Source of the DNA: the human T2T-CHM13v2.0 reference genome, Homo sapiens
Reading direction: 5' to 3' (one strand)
Assembly: GCF_009914755.1 (NCBI RefSeq)
Contig: NC_060933.1
DNA length: 64,000 nucleotides
The translations under genes were made by a program, and so were the position numbers. This document shows positions 34,326 to 48,200 of this stretch, one piece after another; the stretch's first letter is position 1; every line of letters starts with the position of its first letter. The notes under the pieces are model-generated. The model was not told the DNA's origin and searched no databases. It saw only the letters and a list, made by a program, of their open reading frames with translations.

Positions 34326-35649
34326 TTTTTCATTTTCTTTTTGGTTATAAGTGCTTTTTATATGTTGAAAATATGAACTCTCTGTCATAGATGTTAAAAC
34401 TATTTTTTCTATTTGTTGTCTTTGATTTTATGTATGATTTTTCTAACTGTACAAATGTTTAGAATTTAATGTTTTTAAACACGTCAGTTTTTCCCTTAGA
34501 TTCTGCATTTGATCTTAAGCTTATGAAGTTCTTTTCTACATTAAGAATATAAAAGCATTTACCTATATTAATTTTATATTCAATGTTCAAATCTACCTTA
34601 AATTTATTTTGGTATAAGGCTGATTTAGCTAGTCCTAATTTTTCTCCCACATTAGGCCATATTTTCTGATGCCTCAGAAATATTTAGGATTTTTAGTGGG
34701 AATAAAAGCAAGATGTTGTGCTTTTCAGGTAAATATGAAATATGAGCATTCATAGCTTATAAATCATGTTTTCCTGGTAGTAGTGCTGAATTTCTGAAAT
34801 GTTCATCCTGTTATTGTCAGCTTTGTCACCAAGGCCATGTTTCACTGTGATCTGGAAACACTTTTCCCTTTGACCAAAGTCTTGAGATTGGCCTTGGAGA
34901 TATCATGCTTCATATAACAATTAAATTGAAAAGTCCTTGGCACTAGTGACACAATGAAGAGAGCAGAAAATCTTTCCTCTGAGTCCCATAGAAATGAAGC
35001 AACCAAACTACACTGTTGAAAACCTTCTAGGGAGGGGAGCCAACAAGAGTATAGAGAGCGATGAAGGCTGTCTATGTGCTATACCCCTGCACACACCTCA
35101 TTAGCTATCACAGCTGCACGTTGGGTGGATCTTAGCTTTCTACATAGCCTGTATCAAGTTCAGGACATCTGGAAATGTCACACTTGGAAGGAGATCACAC
35201 AAACCCCTGCCTGATGCAATGGAGTGGTAACTTACTGTCAAGAAAATTCTCTCTTCTATCTAGCTGATTTATGCTCATTGAAATGTGTTGGGTCCCCTTC
35301 AAATTTTGTTGGGTCTCTTGAAAACAGCTGGTGATGCGGCCTGCAAGATACTAGGCATTGCCCTCTGAGCTTCTCTTCTTTTACAAGTGAAGCCTTTTTT
35401 TATTTGGACAAAGTGACCTCATGATCTGAAGCGATTATAAAAATTAGCATGAGAGGGACAAACAGGATGTGGCATCAGATTTTCCAGACGTCCAGACAAA
35501 ATCTTTTCTTTCTTTTCGAATCAGAGGATAATTAGAAACATAGAATGTGTCATATTTTTCCTTCTCTCTGTTTAAAATAGGACCTTGTGGATTAATTAAA
35601 TTTATTATATGTTCTGTTTGCAAAAGAATGTATATTTATCTCCACTTGG

Positions 35650-35905
35650 TATTCATTTATTAATTCAATTGATATTTATTAAACACACATTATGTACAAG
35701 GACTGAAACTAGTATTTGAGTTTCTGCCAAGTACTGTGCTAGGTGCTTTTACAGATTATTTCCTCCTTTAATCTGTGTGAGAGAGATATTACAATCATAT
35801 AGCATATGAAGAAACCAAGGCCCAGAGAGGTTAAGTGATTTGTTCAAGGACTTTCAGCGGGCAAGTGTTAGACCTGGGATTCAACTGTCTATATCTTAGA
35901 GTGCA
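35650..35905 (-). mobile_element. L2 3' end followed by MIR
   Basis: ATTCATTTATTAATTCAATTGATATTTATTAAACAC (L2 tail), then the MIR core GAAGAAACCAAGGCCCAGAGAGGTTAAGTGATTTG. Confidence 0.75.
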
Positions 35906-35939
35906 TGGCCCATTTTTTCCTTCCTACTCTAGGGGTGAT

Positions 35940-37150
35940 TCTTTTTGTTTTAAATTATCTTTTTATTTCTTTCTAATTTAACCGCCTTATTGTGAGAGAA
36001 CATTGCTTATATGACATCTATTCTTTGAATTTGTTGAGGTCTTCTTTGTTACCTTGTACATGGTATGTTTCTGTAAATATTCCATGTTTACTTGAAGAGA
36101 TTGTATGTTTTCTGCTAGTGCAGAGTTATATATCCTTTAGATCAGGCATGTTAATTTTGTCATTTAAATTTTCTGTACCTTTAGTCTGCTGTATCTATCA
36201 GAGAGTGTTAAGATCACCTACCATGATTATATATTTGCCAAATTCTTCTTGACATTCTATTAGTTTTGAGATATATATATATGTATGTATATATAAAACT
36301 ATGAATTTGTACGCAACTTATAGCCTAATGTGTGTGTATATGTGTGTACATATATACATATATGTACATGTATAACTAATAGCATAGCCTAATGTGTGTG
36401 TATATATGTGTATATATGTATATACACATATATAAATGGAAAATATAAAAACTATGAATTTGTGTGCAACTAATAGCATAGCCTAATGTGTGCGCATGTG
36501 TGTATATATGTGTATATATGTATATGTGTATATATGTATATATGTGTATATACACACATAATACACACACATTAGGCTATGCTGTTAGTTGCATACAAAT
36601 TCATAGTTTTTATATTTTCCTGGTAAATTGTTCTAGTCACTATTAAGTAAGGTTCCTCTTTATCCCTCTCAATGCTTTTTCTCTTAACTTCTATTTATCT
36701 TATCCAAATATTGTTATATTAGCTTTATTTTGGCTAGATATTTTCTTGGAAAAAATATATATTCCTTCTAATTTTATGCTTTTCCATATGATTTTGTTTC
36801 AGATATGCTTTTGGTAACCAGCTCATATTTTTATTTTAAATGCATTCAGATAAATGCTGTCTTTTAATAGCAAGTTTAATTGCAAGCACTGCTGAGGCTG
36901 GACTTATTTTTTTATACTTGATTTTGTGCTCATTCACATTCTTCTAATGTGTTCCTTTTTGCTCTTTGTCTGCCTTCAGATGGACTGATAAACTTTTCTA
37001 TATTCCCTTTTCACTCCTCTGCTGGTTGGCAAGCTAAAAGATTACACTTCTTTTAGTGGTTACTCCTAACATTTTAACATACATATTTAACAAAATAGTT
37101 TTCTAACAATATGGCAAGTTATATAAAATTTCTATCCTTCTGCCAGAAGT
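35940..37150 (-). mobile_element. Old L1M (L1ME-like) ORF2 5' region, containing the microsatellite and inverted-repeat block
   Basis: Degenerate antisense L1 motifs GAGAGTGTTAAGATCACCTACCATGATT and GGCTATGCTGTTAGTTGCATACAAATT. Confidence 0.65.
36270..36620. repeat. Compound (TA)/(TG) microsatellite with three inverted copies of adjacent sequence; 55-bp-arm inverted repeat
   Basis: 36438-36492 is the reverse complement of 36566-36620 (53/55); partial copies at 36291-36329 and 36374-36393. Confidence 0.95.
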
Positions 37151-37678
37151 GACATGAACCTCCTTGTGCTGGAAGAACTCAGTGACTGTCATTCTGTCTT
37201 GCCATTTTGTGGAGGATTCTGGTTTTTTTCTTTTGTAGCATCTCCCTACTCGCCATCCACAGCTGCAGATCTACCCCTGTCCGCTCCCTGGCTGTCCATC
37301 CGTTTTTCTCTCTCATTTTGCGCTCACCCTTCTTGCTTACTCCTTTGCCAGGGCTCTGGCTCTGCTTGTCAGTTTGTATTTTTCTTCTGTTTTTAGTCTA
37401 CAGACGTGTTTGTCTTGTGTTAGAATCAGGCTGCGACTTCTTTTTACTTTTAAAAAAAAAGTCTATCATTGTTATGTATTTGGAGGAGCAGAAATGTGTC
37501 AGATCAGAGCTCGCAGCAAGAGAGCTGTCCTGGCTGGGATTCTCAAGAATGATTTTTACAGTGTTCTAACTAGTTTGTAGGGGTCTCAAGAGAAGGCTCC
37601 TGATTGAAAAGTGCAAGTCTTTTGTTGTTGTTTATTGATCTTATATTTGAATGACTCCCATTCTACAGTCCTTTATTT

Positions 37679-37988
37679 ATTATATTGTTTTTTTTTTTTT
37701 TTTTTCTGAGGCAGAGTTTTGCTCTTGTTGCCCAGGCTGAAGTGGCAATGGTGTGATCTCGGCTCACTGCAACCTCCACTTCCTGGATTCAAGCGATTCT
37801 CCTGCCTCAGCCTCCTGAGTAGCTGGGATTTACAGGCACCTGCCACCACGCCTGGCTAATGTTTTGTATTTTTAGTAGAGACGGGATTTCATCATGTTGG
37901 CCGGTCTTGAACTCCTGACCTCAGGTGATCCACCCACCTCAGCCTCCCAAAGTGCTGGGATTACAGGTGTGAGCTACTGCGCCTAGCC
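37679..37988 (-). mobile_element. Alu (AluS-type)
   Basis: Perfect 13-bp TSD CAGTCCTTTATTT (37666-37678, 37989-38001). Confidence 0.97.
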
Positions 37989-38606
37989 CAGTCCTTTATT
38001 TTTAACTATAACCAAGGGCTATTTACTGTCAGGATAGTCCTTAGTACATAACACACCTTTGTCAATTTGTATGATACTAGGTGGCTGTAGCCCGGCAGCT
38101 TGCAAGTGGAGGGCAGATTGCACTTCAGTCCCTGCTTGCCTCTTTGGCAGGTTTACATAAACCAAATCCCCCACACAGTGGCTCTGTTTACCAGCAACCT
38201 TACTAAACGAATTACTAAGGTTAACTAGTGATTGGTACTTGCAAACTACAATTGGCATGTTCTTAGTATTTCCCAATGACACTTTCAGAATTCTTTCCAA
38301 AACACTTCATTGTTATGCCTCACTGCAGTTTTTCCTGTTCTTGTTAATGCACTATAGCCAGGATTTCCCTGGCACCTGGGCTCTGGTCAGAGAAGTTTGA
38401 TATTTCTTGTACTGTGTGTTATAAGCAGCATCCTTTAGGTGTGGGTGTCTCTCTAGATAGTAGAGGGAACCCACATCTTTTATCATAACTTTTATCCCTG
38501 CATGTTATATCTTAAATGTAAATCTAGGTACAAGTATCAGAGCCTTAATATTTTAATGAAAACAAATATTAGCTATCAATAATCAAGAGAATTCCAGAAC
38601 ACTAAT

Positions 38607-38656
38607 AGTTATTACCAGAGTTATGCTGACAAGTTATTACCAGAGTCGTGCTGACA
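38607..38656. repeat. 25-bp tandem duplication
   Basis: AGTTATTACCAGAGTTATGCTGACA / AGTTATTACCAGAGTCGTGCTGACA. Confidence 0.9.
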
Positions 38657-38659
38657 ATC

Positions 38660-38815
38660 GATTATCTGAAAAGATAAAACCTTGATTTCTGGTGTTTGTC
38701 AATTTCTGTAGTGTAAAAACTTCCACCCCAGCTTGATTTCAAGCCATCTCTGCATTGATGTCACTGAACATGGAGTTGGGAAGACATACATACAATTGTC
38801 TTCAGTATAGCCCTG
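38660..38815. mobile_element. MER63-like hAT fragment
   Basis: GTGTTTGTCAATTTCTGTAGTGTAAAAACTTCCACC...GATTTCAAGC...GATGTCACTGAACATGGAGTTGGGAAGA resembles recalled MER63. Confidence 0.6.
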
Positions 38816-38961
38816 GATCACAATGTATGGCTATCACATAAAATAGGACATTGATACTTTCATTTCACATTTCGTGATAATCTTAAAACTTGATTTTCAA
38901 AGTTCAAAGAATAAATAGTCCAAAAGAGTATCTAGTAGGCAAACAATGACCACAATCTTGA

Positions 38962-39280
<319 letters not shown>

Positions 39281-39338
39281 TGTATGTTATTTTATCTGCA
39301 ATCTATGAAGATGAATGGCTCCTACTCCAGGGATGTTA

Positions 39339-39701
<363 letters not shown>

Positions 39702-41684
39702 TAGAAAATAGTAAGTGGTTTTCTTAATAAAGATATCACTGTGGGCACTTGTATATTTTCCATCTTTTCAATGTGCAATGGCCCTTTCCCATTGGAATTT
39801 TGGTTATCTTTGCTACCTCCAGCTGGTATTTGCCCTTCAAGAACTGTGGTGCCAACCAAGTATATCTCATTTGTATGCTTCATATCTTGAGTATCATATT
39901 CACTCTTTGTAATTTGGAATAATACTTTGGACCTCCATGGCAGCTTTAATTTATCAGTGTATTTTTTCCGTAGTTACGATGGAATGGTACATTTTACTTT
40001 TTTTCTTTTCATTTGAGAATGTGATGTTTTCCTGAACATTAAATTGATATTGTTGACAGTATTTTGTGTTATTTGGCAAAGCAATAGCCTGGGAGCATGA
40101 CCCAGCCTCTCATTGACTCCTTTGAGTTTTATATTTCTAATAACAATTTGGAGAAAGAAATGTAAATTCTTTTCCATCTGCTTTCCTTTAGCACGTTATT
40201 GCTCTTTACTTGAAAAGGGTAGGTAACTGGTAGACATGCATTTTTATTGAACATATTTGTGAACTTATCTTTTATAATTTTATCTTGAAGATTTTAATAA
40301 TTTGCTTCCACAGTTACCTTTCTCCCCCACCTCCTTTTTAACAGGTTTCCACAGTGACTGCCCTGGGGGGCTTAGTTGTTTTCCTGTGTTGCAGTGTTCC
40401 AAATCGAATTATGCTAAAAGTATAAATATGGAATTTGCCTTTAAGCAAAGGTAAACCAGCGCCCAAGTAGCAATGGTTTGTTTAAATTTCATTGTTGACA
40501 GATAACAAATATTTTCAATGATCCCAAATACCACACTTCATACAATACACATATTCTATGAAGAATCGGAACGTAACTCAACATTTTTCCAAATGGTGGT
40601 CTTCAAAATGTTCATCTAGGGACTTCAATAGCTATAGGAAGAAAAATTTGCTCCATGATCAAATATATTTGAGAAATGCAGCATACTCTTTTCTTTTGAA
40701 AAGGTACAACACTTGTTTACCCACTAAAGTCAGTAGTCCAGTAGTTTTTAAAAAACTGACAAATCCTCTCCTCTCTCTCTCTCTCACACACACACACAAC
40801 TTAATTTGACCCAGTGTTTAGCAAATATTTAAGAAAATTTTTTTCCACACCATATCCATAAATACCATTTGAAAGAATGTTCTGTGTAATACCAGTTTGG
40901 GAAATTTGCTGTAAACTCATTGACTCGCGATGACCATATGTGGACTCTTGTAGGTTTCACTGTTGTATTCATGATGGGAATGTGCAGCATTTTAACACTA
41001 TTTAAGCAACAGACTCTAAAACTCATTCTAAGAGTAAATAAAATTATTCTTGGATTCATCCATGTACATAAATATGCTTGTGTTTCCTGAAAGAAAAGTT
41101 GAGGGCCATTTTACTTCTGTTAACTTGTCACACATATGTCAGAGGAGAAAGTTTGGCATATAGATTTATCTTTTAATCAGTAAGAATTGTGGCACTATGT
41201 CAGGAAGTCTTATCCTTATTATCGCATATTGTTGGTTATCAATGAAGTTGTAAGTATTGCAACTCTATATGTTCAACTATGCAGTGTTTTAGAGAAGACT
41301 TGGTGGAGCAGCTATAGCTTGTGAATAAACTATTCAGAAGACTGGAAATGTCTTATTAAAGGGAAGAAATTCTTCGGGAGCTAAAACATCTTTCGTGATC
41401 CTTATCTGATAAAAAATAAATCAAAGATTACAGCTTGTGTAATATGGAGAAAGCCAGAAATATCACTTAAACTAATTTAATCATTTTAATGCCAAAGCAA
41501 AAGGTAGTCTTTCAAAGAAATTTTGATAATAACAGAAAAGTAGACAAAAAATAAATCCACCCACAGTTATATCACCTAAATATAAACATTGCTAATACTT
41601 TAGGGGTACTTCCTTTCAGCCCTTTTTTGTACATTAGCTTTTTTTGTGTGTTTGTTTTGCTTTGCTTTGTTTTTAAACAGAGTA

Positions 41685-42290
41685 CAGAGACATATTTACT
41701 GTGAAAGTCATAGATCTGCAACTTCAGTGCCCCTCACTTGTAAAAAACCCTCTTAAGGCTTGGGAGAGACACTAGCAATGTGTTATCATGGTCACATGTT
41801 TTTGTAAACTTTGCAGAAGTAAGGTCAATTAACTGAAATTGTTAAGACTGCTGTCTTTCTCCACTCAGACTTTCATCCGTTATGCTTCTTCTCACATCAG
41901 GTGGTAATGAAGTGGCAGCAGGCATTTGAGGGGGGATCTGGCTAAGAGAAGATGAGTTGTGGATGCATTTCGGTAGGTTTTGTTTCAGTGGTTCACAGTC
42001 GCTTCTGTGGAAATGATGTCCAAGAAGACTTCTTTCTGCTGACCTGGCTAGTGTTCTGACTTGATGTTGTGGGGCCAGAAGTTGTGTTGCAGTATGCACA
42101 CGTCCTTTGATGCCTGGCACAGAAAATTGTGAGTAGCAAACAAGATCTGATGTTTTTGGAACCAAAAGTTAATATGGGGAAAAGTCTTCCGGTCAGCCAA
42201 CATGAACAATTGTTAAGTGCATGATTCAATTCTTATTGATGCCTAGTCAAATCGTCAGAGAACTGCAGAGAATTGCAATTCACCAGAATT
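41685..42290. mobile_element. Arthur1/MER69-like hAT-Tip100 DNA transposon fragment
   Basis: ATATTTACTGTGAA...CTTCAGTGCCCCTCACTTG...CTAGCAATGTGTTATCATGGTCACATGTTTTTGTAAACTTTGCA resembles the recalled consensus. Confidence 0.6.
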
Positions 42291-42544
42291 ATAATGACAC
42301 TGAATATGTAATTCAAAATTCTGTCATTTTCACTTAAAAATTATATCACTAGAATTTTCCATGTTAAAGTGGCCTTTATAAATCTTTTATATGCTGCCAT
42401 AATATTCAATTTAGCTTAAGTCAGCTCAGAGTTTTTTGTTGATATCCTATCTGTGTGATGAACTGTACTCACAACATAATTCTGTTCTGGACCAACTCTA
42501 ACACAACTTTTCCTCTCTCGGTGCACTTTCTCTGGCTTTGCTTC

Positions 42545-42860
42545 TATCTCTCAAGTTCAGTGATTCCCTTTTCCTAGAATACCTTTCCTTTCTGTTTCTG
42601 CCTGGTAAATTACTCTCTGTCTTTTAAGATCTAGCTCATATCTCATCCTTTTGATCCATAAGGCTTCCTTGACTCCATGAATAATTAGTGTTCCCATAAC
42701 ACGCATCTGTGATTGCCCTCGTAGTGCATGATGGTTTTAATTTATCCATGAGCCTGACTCTTGAGTTTATGAGTACATAAGTGAAAAAAAAAATCTTCTA
42801 TTATGCTTCACTCCACTGAAAATGTTGCCTTCCACACTGCCTGAAATATAGGGTTATAAT
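42545..42860 (+). mobile_element. L2 fragment
   Basis: CCTAGAATACCTTTCC...CCTGGTAAATTACTC...TTTAAGATCTAGCTCA...GGCTTCCTTGACTCC. Confidence 0.55.
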
Positions 42861-42955
42861 AAAATTTTATTTAAACAAAGAAGAGGGAAAGCACCACATA
42901 AATATTACAGTTGTGTCCAAGAATATATTAAACAGCAACCATCTTCTAATAATAG

Positions 42956-43259
<304 letters not shown>

Positions 43260-43414
43260 TAATAATAGGAACATTTTAAAGATCTTACATTGTTCTTATT
43301 TGGATAAAGATTAATTGTAAACCCTATTTTACTCTACAATTATTTCCAAGTTTCTTAGAAGAAATATAAAAGAGAAAAATATATGTTTCAAAATAACAAA
43401 AATTAGTATATTAA

Positions 43415-43887
43415 TTTTGTTAGGTTTGGCTGCAAATTTCTCTTTGTCTAAACCAAATAATGATGGCTTAGACAAGATATGTTTACTTTTTGCTAAGTTC
43501 TGGTTGGCATCAGAGACCCAGGCTCTTTCTATTTTATTGTTTTATGCTTATATGCTTATGTGGCTTTTATTCCCGAGGTCACCTTATGGTCTAAGATGGC
43601 TTTTTTTTTTTTGCTTTTTCCAGCAATCATGTCCCAGGTAGTAGGAAGGAGAAAAAGGGAGGAAAAGCTACGCTGTTCCTGTAACTGCACTTTTCAGACT
43701 TAGTTCACATTTATTTATTTATTCCAGTTGCACTTCACTGACCAGTATTTAAATATGTGGCCATGTCCAGCTGCAATAAAAACTGGAAACAATAGTCTTT
43801 GTTCTAGACAACTGGGTACAATTTGGGGGTTCTTTTCCTGAGGAGGAAGGGAAAAGTGAATACTGGAGGACAAATAGGCTCTTTGCA
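43415..43887 (-). mobile_element. MaLR LTR (MLT1J-like)
   Basis: GTTAGGTTTGGCTGC...TGGCTTAGACAAGATA...AAGATGGCT...ATGTGGCCATGTCCAGCTGCAA. Confidence 0.65.
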
Positions 43888-43889
43888 TT

Positions 43890-45155
43890 TATGATTGGGA
43901 ATTTTACTGATATATCTTCAAGCTTACTGATTCTTTTCTTGGGCTGTGTCCTGTCTATTGATAAGCCCATCACTTCATTTCTGCTGTAGTATTTTTTATT
44001 TTTAGCATTTTTAAATTCTTTCTTAGAGTTTTCATCTTGCTTATACTATTCATCTGTTCTTGCATGTTGTCCACTTTTTCCTTTAGAGCCTTTAAAATAT
44101 TAATGATAGTTTTTAAAAAAAATTCCTGGTTTGGATAATTCTAAAATATCTGCCTATCTGAATCTGATGTGATGCTTGCTTTGTTTCCTTAGACTGTGTT
44201 TTTCTTGCCTTTTTGTATGCCTTGTAATTTTCGTTTGAAAACTTGAAATCATATATTGAGTAATAACAACTGAGTTAAGTAAACCTTTCATGTGAAATTT
44301 TATATTAACCTGGCTAGAAGTTGTGTTGCATTTAATATTGCTGTAGCTGTAGGTTTCAGAGGTTTCATTTTCTTCTAATGTCCTCATTTTGGCTCCTCTC
44401 TTGTGTTTGAGATTCCCTGAAAACTCCCTAAATAGGGTTGTGTCTTGTAGCTCTTTTAGCTGTAACCCATTTTTATTATACTGGAGTCCTGTTGATATAG
44501 TGGTAAGGTGAGGGGTGAAAGGTAATGTTCTATAATCCTATCACTAAGCATCACTCTTTTATTGGGCCTGTGTCCCTGGACTGTGAACTTCACAAATGTT
44601 TCTCAACATTTTTTACCCTTAGGTGAGACAAAGAGACTAGAAGGGGTAGAGTCAGCTAACTTCTCTCCTCCCACCACTGATGAGGTTTTGGTGAATTCTC
44701 TTCCCTTGCTCAGTAAGTCATTATTATGGGGAATGCTTCGGGTTTATTCAAAATGTTTTACTTTTCCTTTCTCCCTGACAGAAACAAAGGCTTTACTTGA
44801 CTCTTTACTATGAAAGCCTGGTTGGGTTCCTGAAAGTAATACTCATAGAAGTGTAGGGTCCCCTATGACTGCAGCCCTCAGGAGTTTCTCATTCTTAACA
44901 GTAATGTAAATGCTGCCCCCCATAATTTGTCAAAGTTCCTATTTAAATGTTCCCACCAATTTATGGCTCCAACTGCTGTTGCTTCAGGTAAGTTGATCTT
45001 GATTGTGATTCTCTCTGTTCACCTGTGTCTTCTGATTTCATGTGGTGGTTTTTCATGTGACCTCAGTTCTATAGTGGGTCCAAGAACAGTTGTTAATATT
45101 CAGTTTGCTGAGCTTTTTCTTGTTGTAGAGGTGGGAGTGATGACTTCTGAACTGC
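43890..45155 (-). mobile_element. Old L1M 5' region (ORF1 start and 5'UTR)
   Basis: TATATCTTCAAGCTTACTGATTCTTTTCTTGGGCTGTGTCC; ORF1-like peptide in ORF 43749-43973; ends near GGGAGTGATGACTTCTGAAC. Confidence 0.65.
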
Positions 45156-45221
45156 TTTTTTTTTTTGAGACTGAAGTGTCTTGCTCTGTCACCCAGGCTG
45201 GAGTGTAGTAGCATGATCTCG
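45156..45221 (-). mobile_element. Severely truncated Alu 3' fragment (~65 bp)
   Basis: Poly-T, then GAGAC...TCTTGCTCTGTCACCCAGGCTGGAGTGTAGTAGCATGATCTCGG, then an abrupt switch to other L1-like sequence. Confidence 0.85.
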
Positions 45222-48200
45222 GAGAATAGGGTGAAGTAGTTCTCCATTTAATTTTTTTATATAGATAATTGTCCCAACACCATTTATTAAATATTCCTTC
45301 TTTTTCCATTGATATTTCTTATATGCTTACCACTTTCTATATAGTTGGTTTGTTTCTGGTCTCTTTATTCTGCTTTATTAACTATTTATCTACATCTGGC
45401 CAGTAACACACTTTTAAAAATTATTGTATCTATTAAGGTCAACCCTCTCACCTAATTCTTCTTTAACACTATTAAAGAAGAATTCTTGGCCTTTTGCAAT
45501 AAGGATTAATTTATGTCTATTTGTCTTCCTTGCGTTTAAGAGGAGTTGTCAGTCTTTTGCAATAATGCTTTTCTTTAATTTTGGAAATTTTTCTATCATT
45601 ATTTCTTTGAATATTTCCTCATAAACTTTTTTTCTCAACCTTTCTCCCTGTTTGCTAATTAGGTTATTATTTCCACATTGTCATTATTGTTGATATTTAT
45701 ATTGTGTAATGTAACAATAATTTTCACATGTATTTACACTTTTACATTTATGTTGATTTAGTAGTCACTGCCATACTTTATAATGATGTTCTTTATTATT
45801 TTCTTGGATGGCTGCAATTTGTACCATAATACTTCTTCCTAGAAAGGTTTATGAAACTGTCTTGTATCAAATTGTTTTCCTGGGACTTGAAAATTAATCA
45901 TCATTTAAATTAATCAACAATTAAATTTATTTCTTTAAATTAATCATTAATTAATTAGTTACTTAAACTGCTGTTATGGGAGACTTCTATTTTATCTTTG
46001 AATTTTTCTGTTTGACTTTTTTTTAATCTTCTTCAGAATACAGTGAGTGCTCTTCTTTAACTGTCTTCCATAATTAACATTTAGTCTTTGTTAATTAACA
46101 AAACTAGTTCTTTTTCTTTCAATATGCTCAATTTTCTTAAGCTTTCTTCTACATGCTCTTGACATTTTAGTAATTTCTATGTCTAATGTGACTTTCATGT
46201 TTTTATGCTTTGATTTTCTCTATCACTTCATGTCCTTTATAAAAAAAAAAGTCAATTCCCCTTGAACCTTTATGTTTTTTCTTTCTGCTCTCCTTTTTTT
46301 CTCCCCAGTGAGGCCATGCTTCATTTAATTTCTTTGATTTTCATTAAGATGTTTGATTATAATCTGAAACTGATTTTACCATAATTTTCTGATGTATATT
46401 CTTTATTGACCTTGTTTCATTATGTTACTTTTCTCTCTGTTCCTTTAAGTATGTTTACATAAATTCCATGATTTTGCCCCTCATTGAATGCTGGAAGTTT
46501 TCCTGCACCAACTGTTTGTAGAAAAAAAGTGTAGGGAGAAGCTGAGATAAGCTGGGATATTAGGAGAATTTGCTAAATGGCCTCTGAATACCTTGTCACA
46601 GCACCCTGCTGGGTTGGTACCATTCTGTTCCCTAATAAGGAAAAATAATTCTGGCTCTTTGGTCACAGACATTGGTTGACAATTTACATTTTATTTACCT
46701 TCACTTATCCAAGGTCACAGCTCTGCATGTCATCCAGGTTTATTGTAAATCCAGCCTCAGTCACACCCTATTTCTTGCAAAATTAGCTGCTCTCCCTGTC
46801 TGTGGGAAGCTCCCTCTACTTGCCCACACATCCTGACCTTTCTCTGCCAATTAAGGCATTTTAGTTTACCCCTCCAGTGGGCCATCTAGTCTGGAGAAGT
46901 TCATGTTAGCTCAAGGTTTGCAGAGCTCAAGTTTCTCTTTCTGAATCCTCCCTTCCCTGTGCACTATTTCCAGTGCAGTCAGCAGCCCTTCTTTATAGAC
47001 TGTGTTTTCCTTGTTACTTTAAAGGAGAAGAGGGAATAGATGTGTGTTATCGGTACTATCTTAAATAAGGAATTAGCATGATACATTGTTGATAAAAATA
47101 GTCAAGTTTGCCAACCATCAGTCAACATTATTACATAGGTTAACTGATGACAGTACTTAAATAACCAGATGTACTCTTTTTTTTTTTCCTTACCACTTTA
47201 AAGTTTGGATTTTTTTTTCTCTCTAATTAAATCCAACAGGTCAAAACCTAATGTTAGAATTGATCAGCAAAGCTAATGCTTTATGGTGTGTCTAACGCCT
47301 ACATCCAAAGAGCCTGCATCTTAACAATTCCCTTGCTTTTTTCAGGAAAATTGTTGTTTTTATTCCAAATACTAAATGTAAATATTAAAATTTTTTTATT
47401 GGATTTACCTACACAGAAATAAATTGTTAGACTAAGACCTGAGTTCTGTCTAAATAATAAAAACTCATTGATATGGGGCTTTGATGCTACCTATAGGTCT
47501 ATTTAAAACATTGACCTGAAAATAAATGACTCTAAATGTTTTTCTTCACCAATCATCGGAACCAGCCAGGCTCTAGAGAATTAAATAATCTAAAAGTGGT
47601 ACATTTTATAACAGCTGGTGGGATTTTTATTGACACCTTCACATGATCAATTCATGGTTGTCACCTTGCTTAAGTTGATCAACCTAATGTGTACGTGCAA
47701 TGTTATAATTACCTTTCCTTTTGACAAGGATGCGTTAAGTGTGGCTGTAATATGGGAACTCCTTTCAGCTTTCATTAACTCAATATAAATCCAAAGCTTG
47801 CAGATTCAGCAGAGTTGTCTATAGTGGCTTAATTGGAATTGCTGGACAAGAACATTGATTCTGCTTCACTCAGGTAAAGATGAAAGTAACTGCAACAATG
47901 GATATTGCATTTGAAGGTCATTGAGTTGTAGTCAGGCAAGGGGAGCAGATATTAAAACATACACGCACAAAATAATGGGATTTTTATTTAGCATCTCGCA
48001 AGTCTTGAGTAACATAGTATTAATTGACCTTGAGATTTCATTCTTTTGTGACTCATTGCATTTGCTTTTGTGTTTCAGATTAATATAGAATATTTTAAAG
48101 AAAGAGTAATACAGCCAATTTTAATCTCTGGGAAGTTTATGCAAGACATAATTTATTTGTAAACTTTATAATAATATGTGAATTAAAGACCCTTGTTAGT

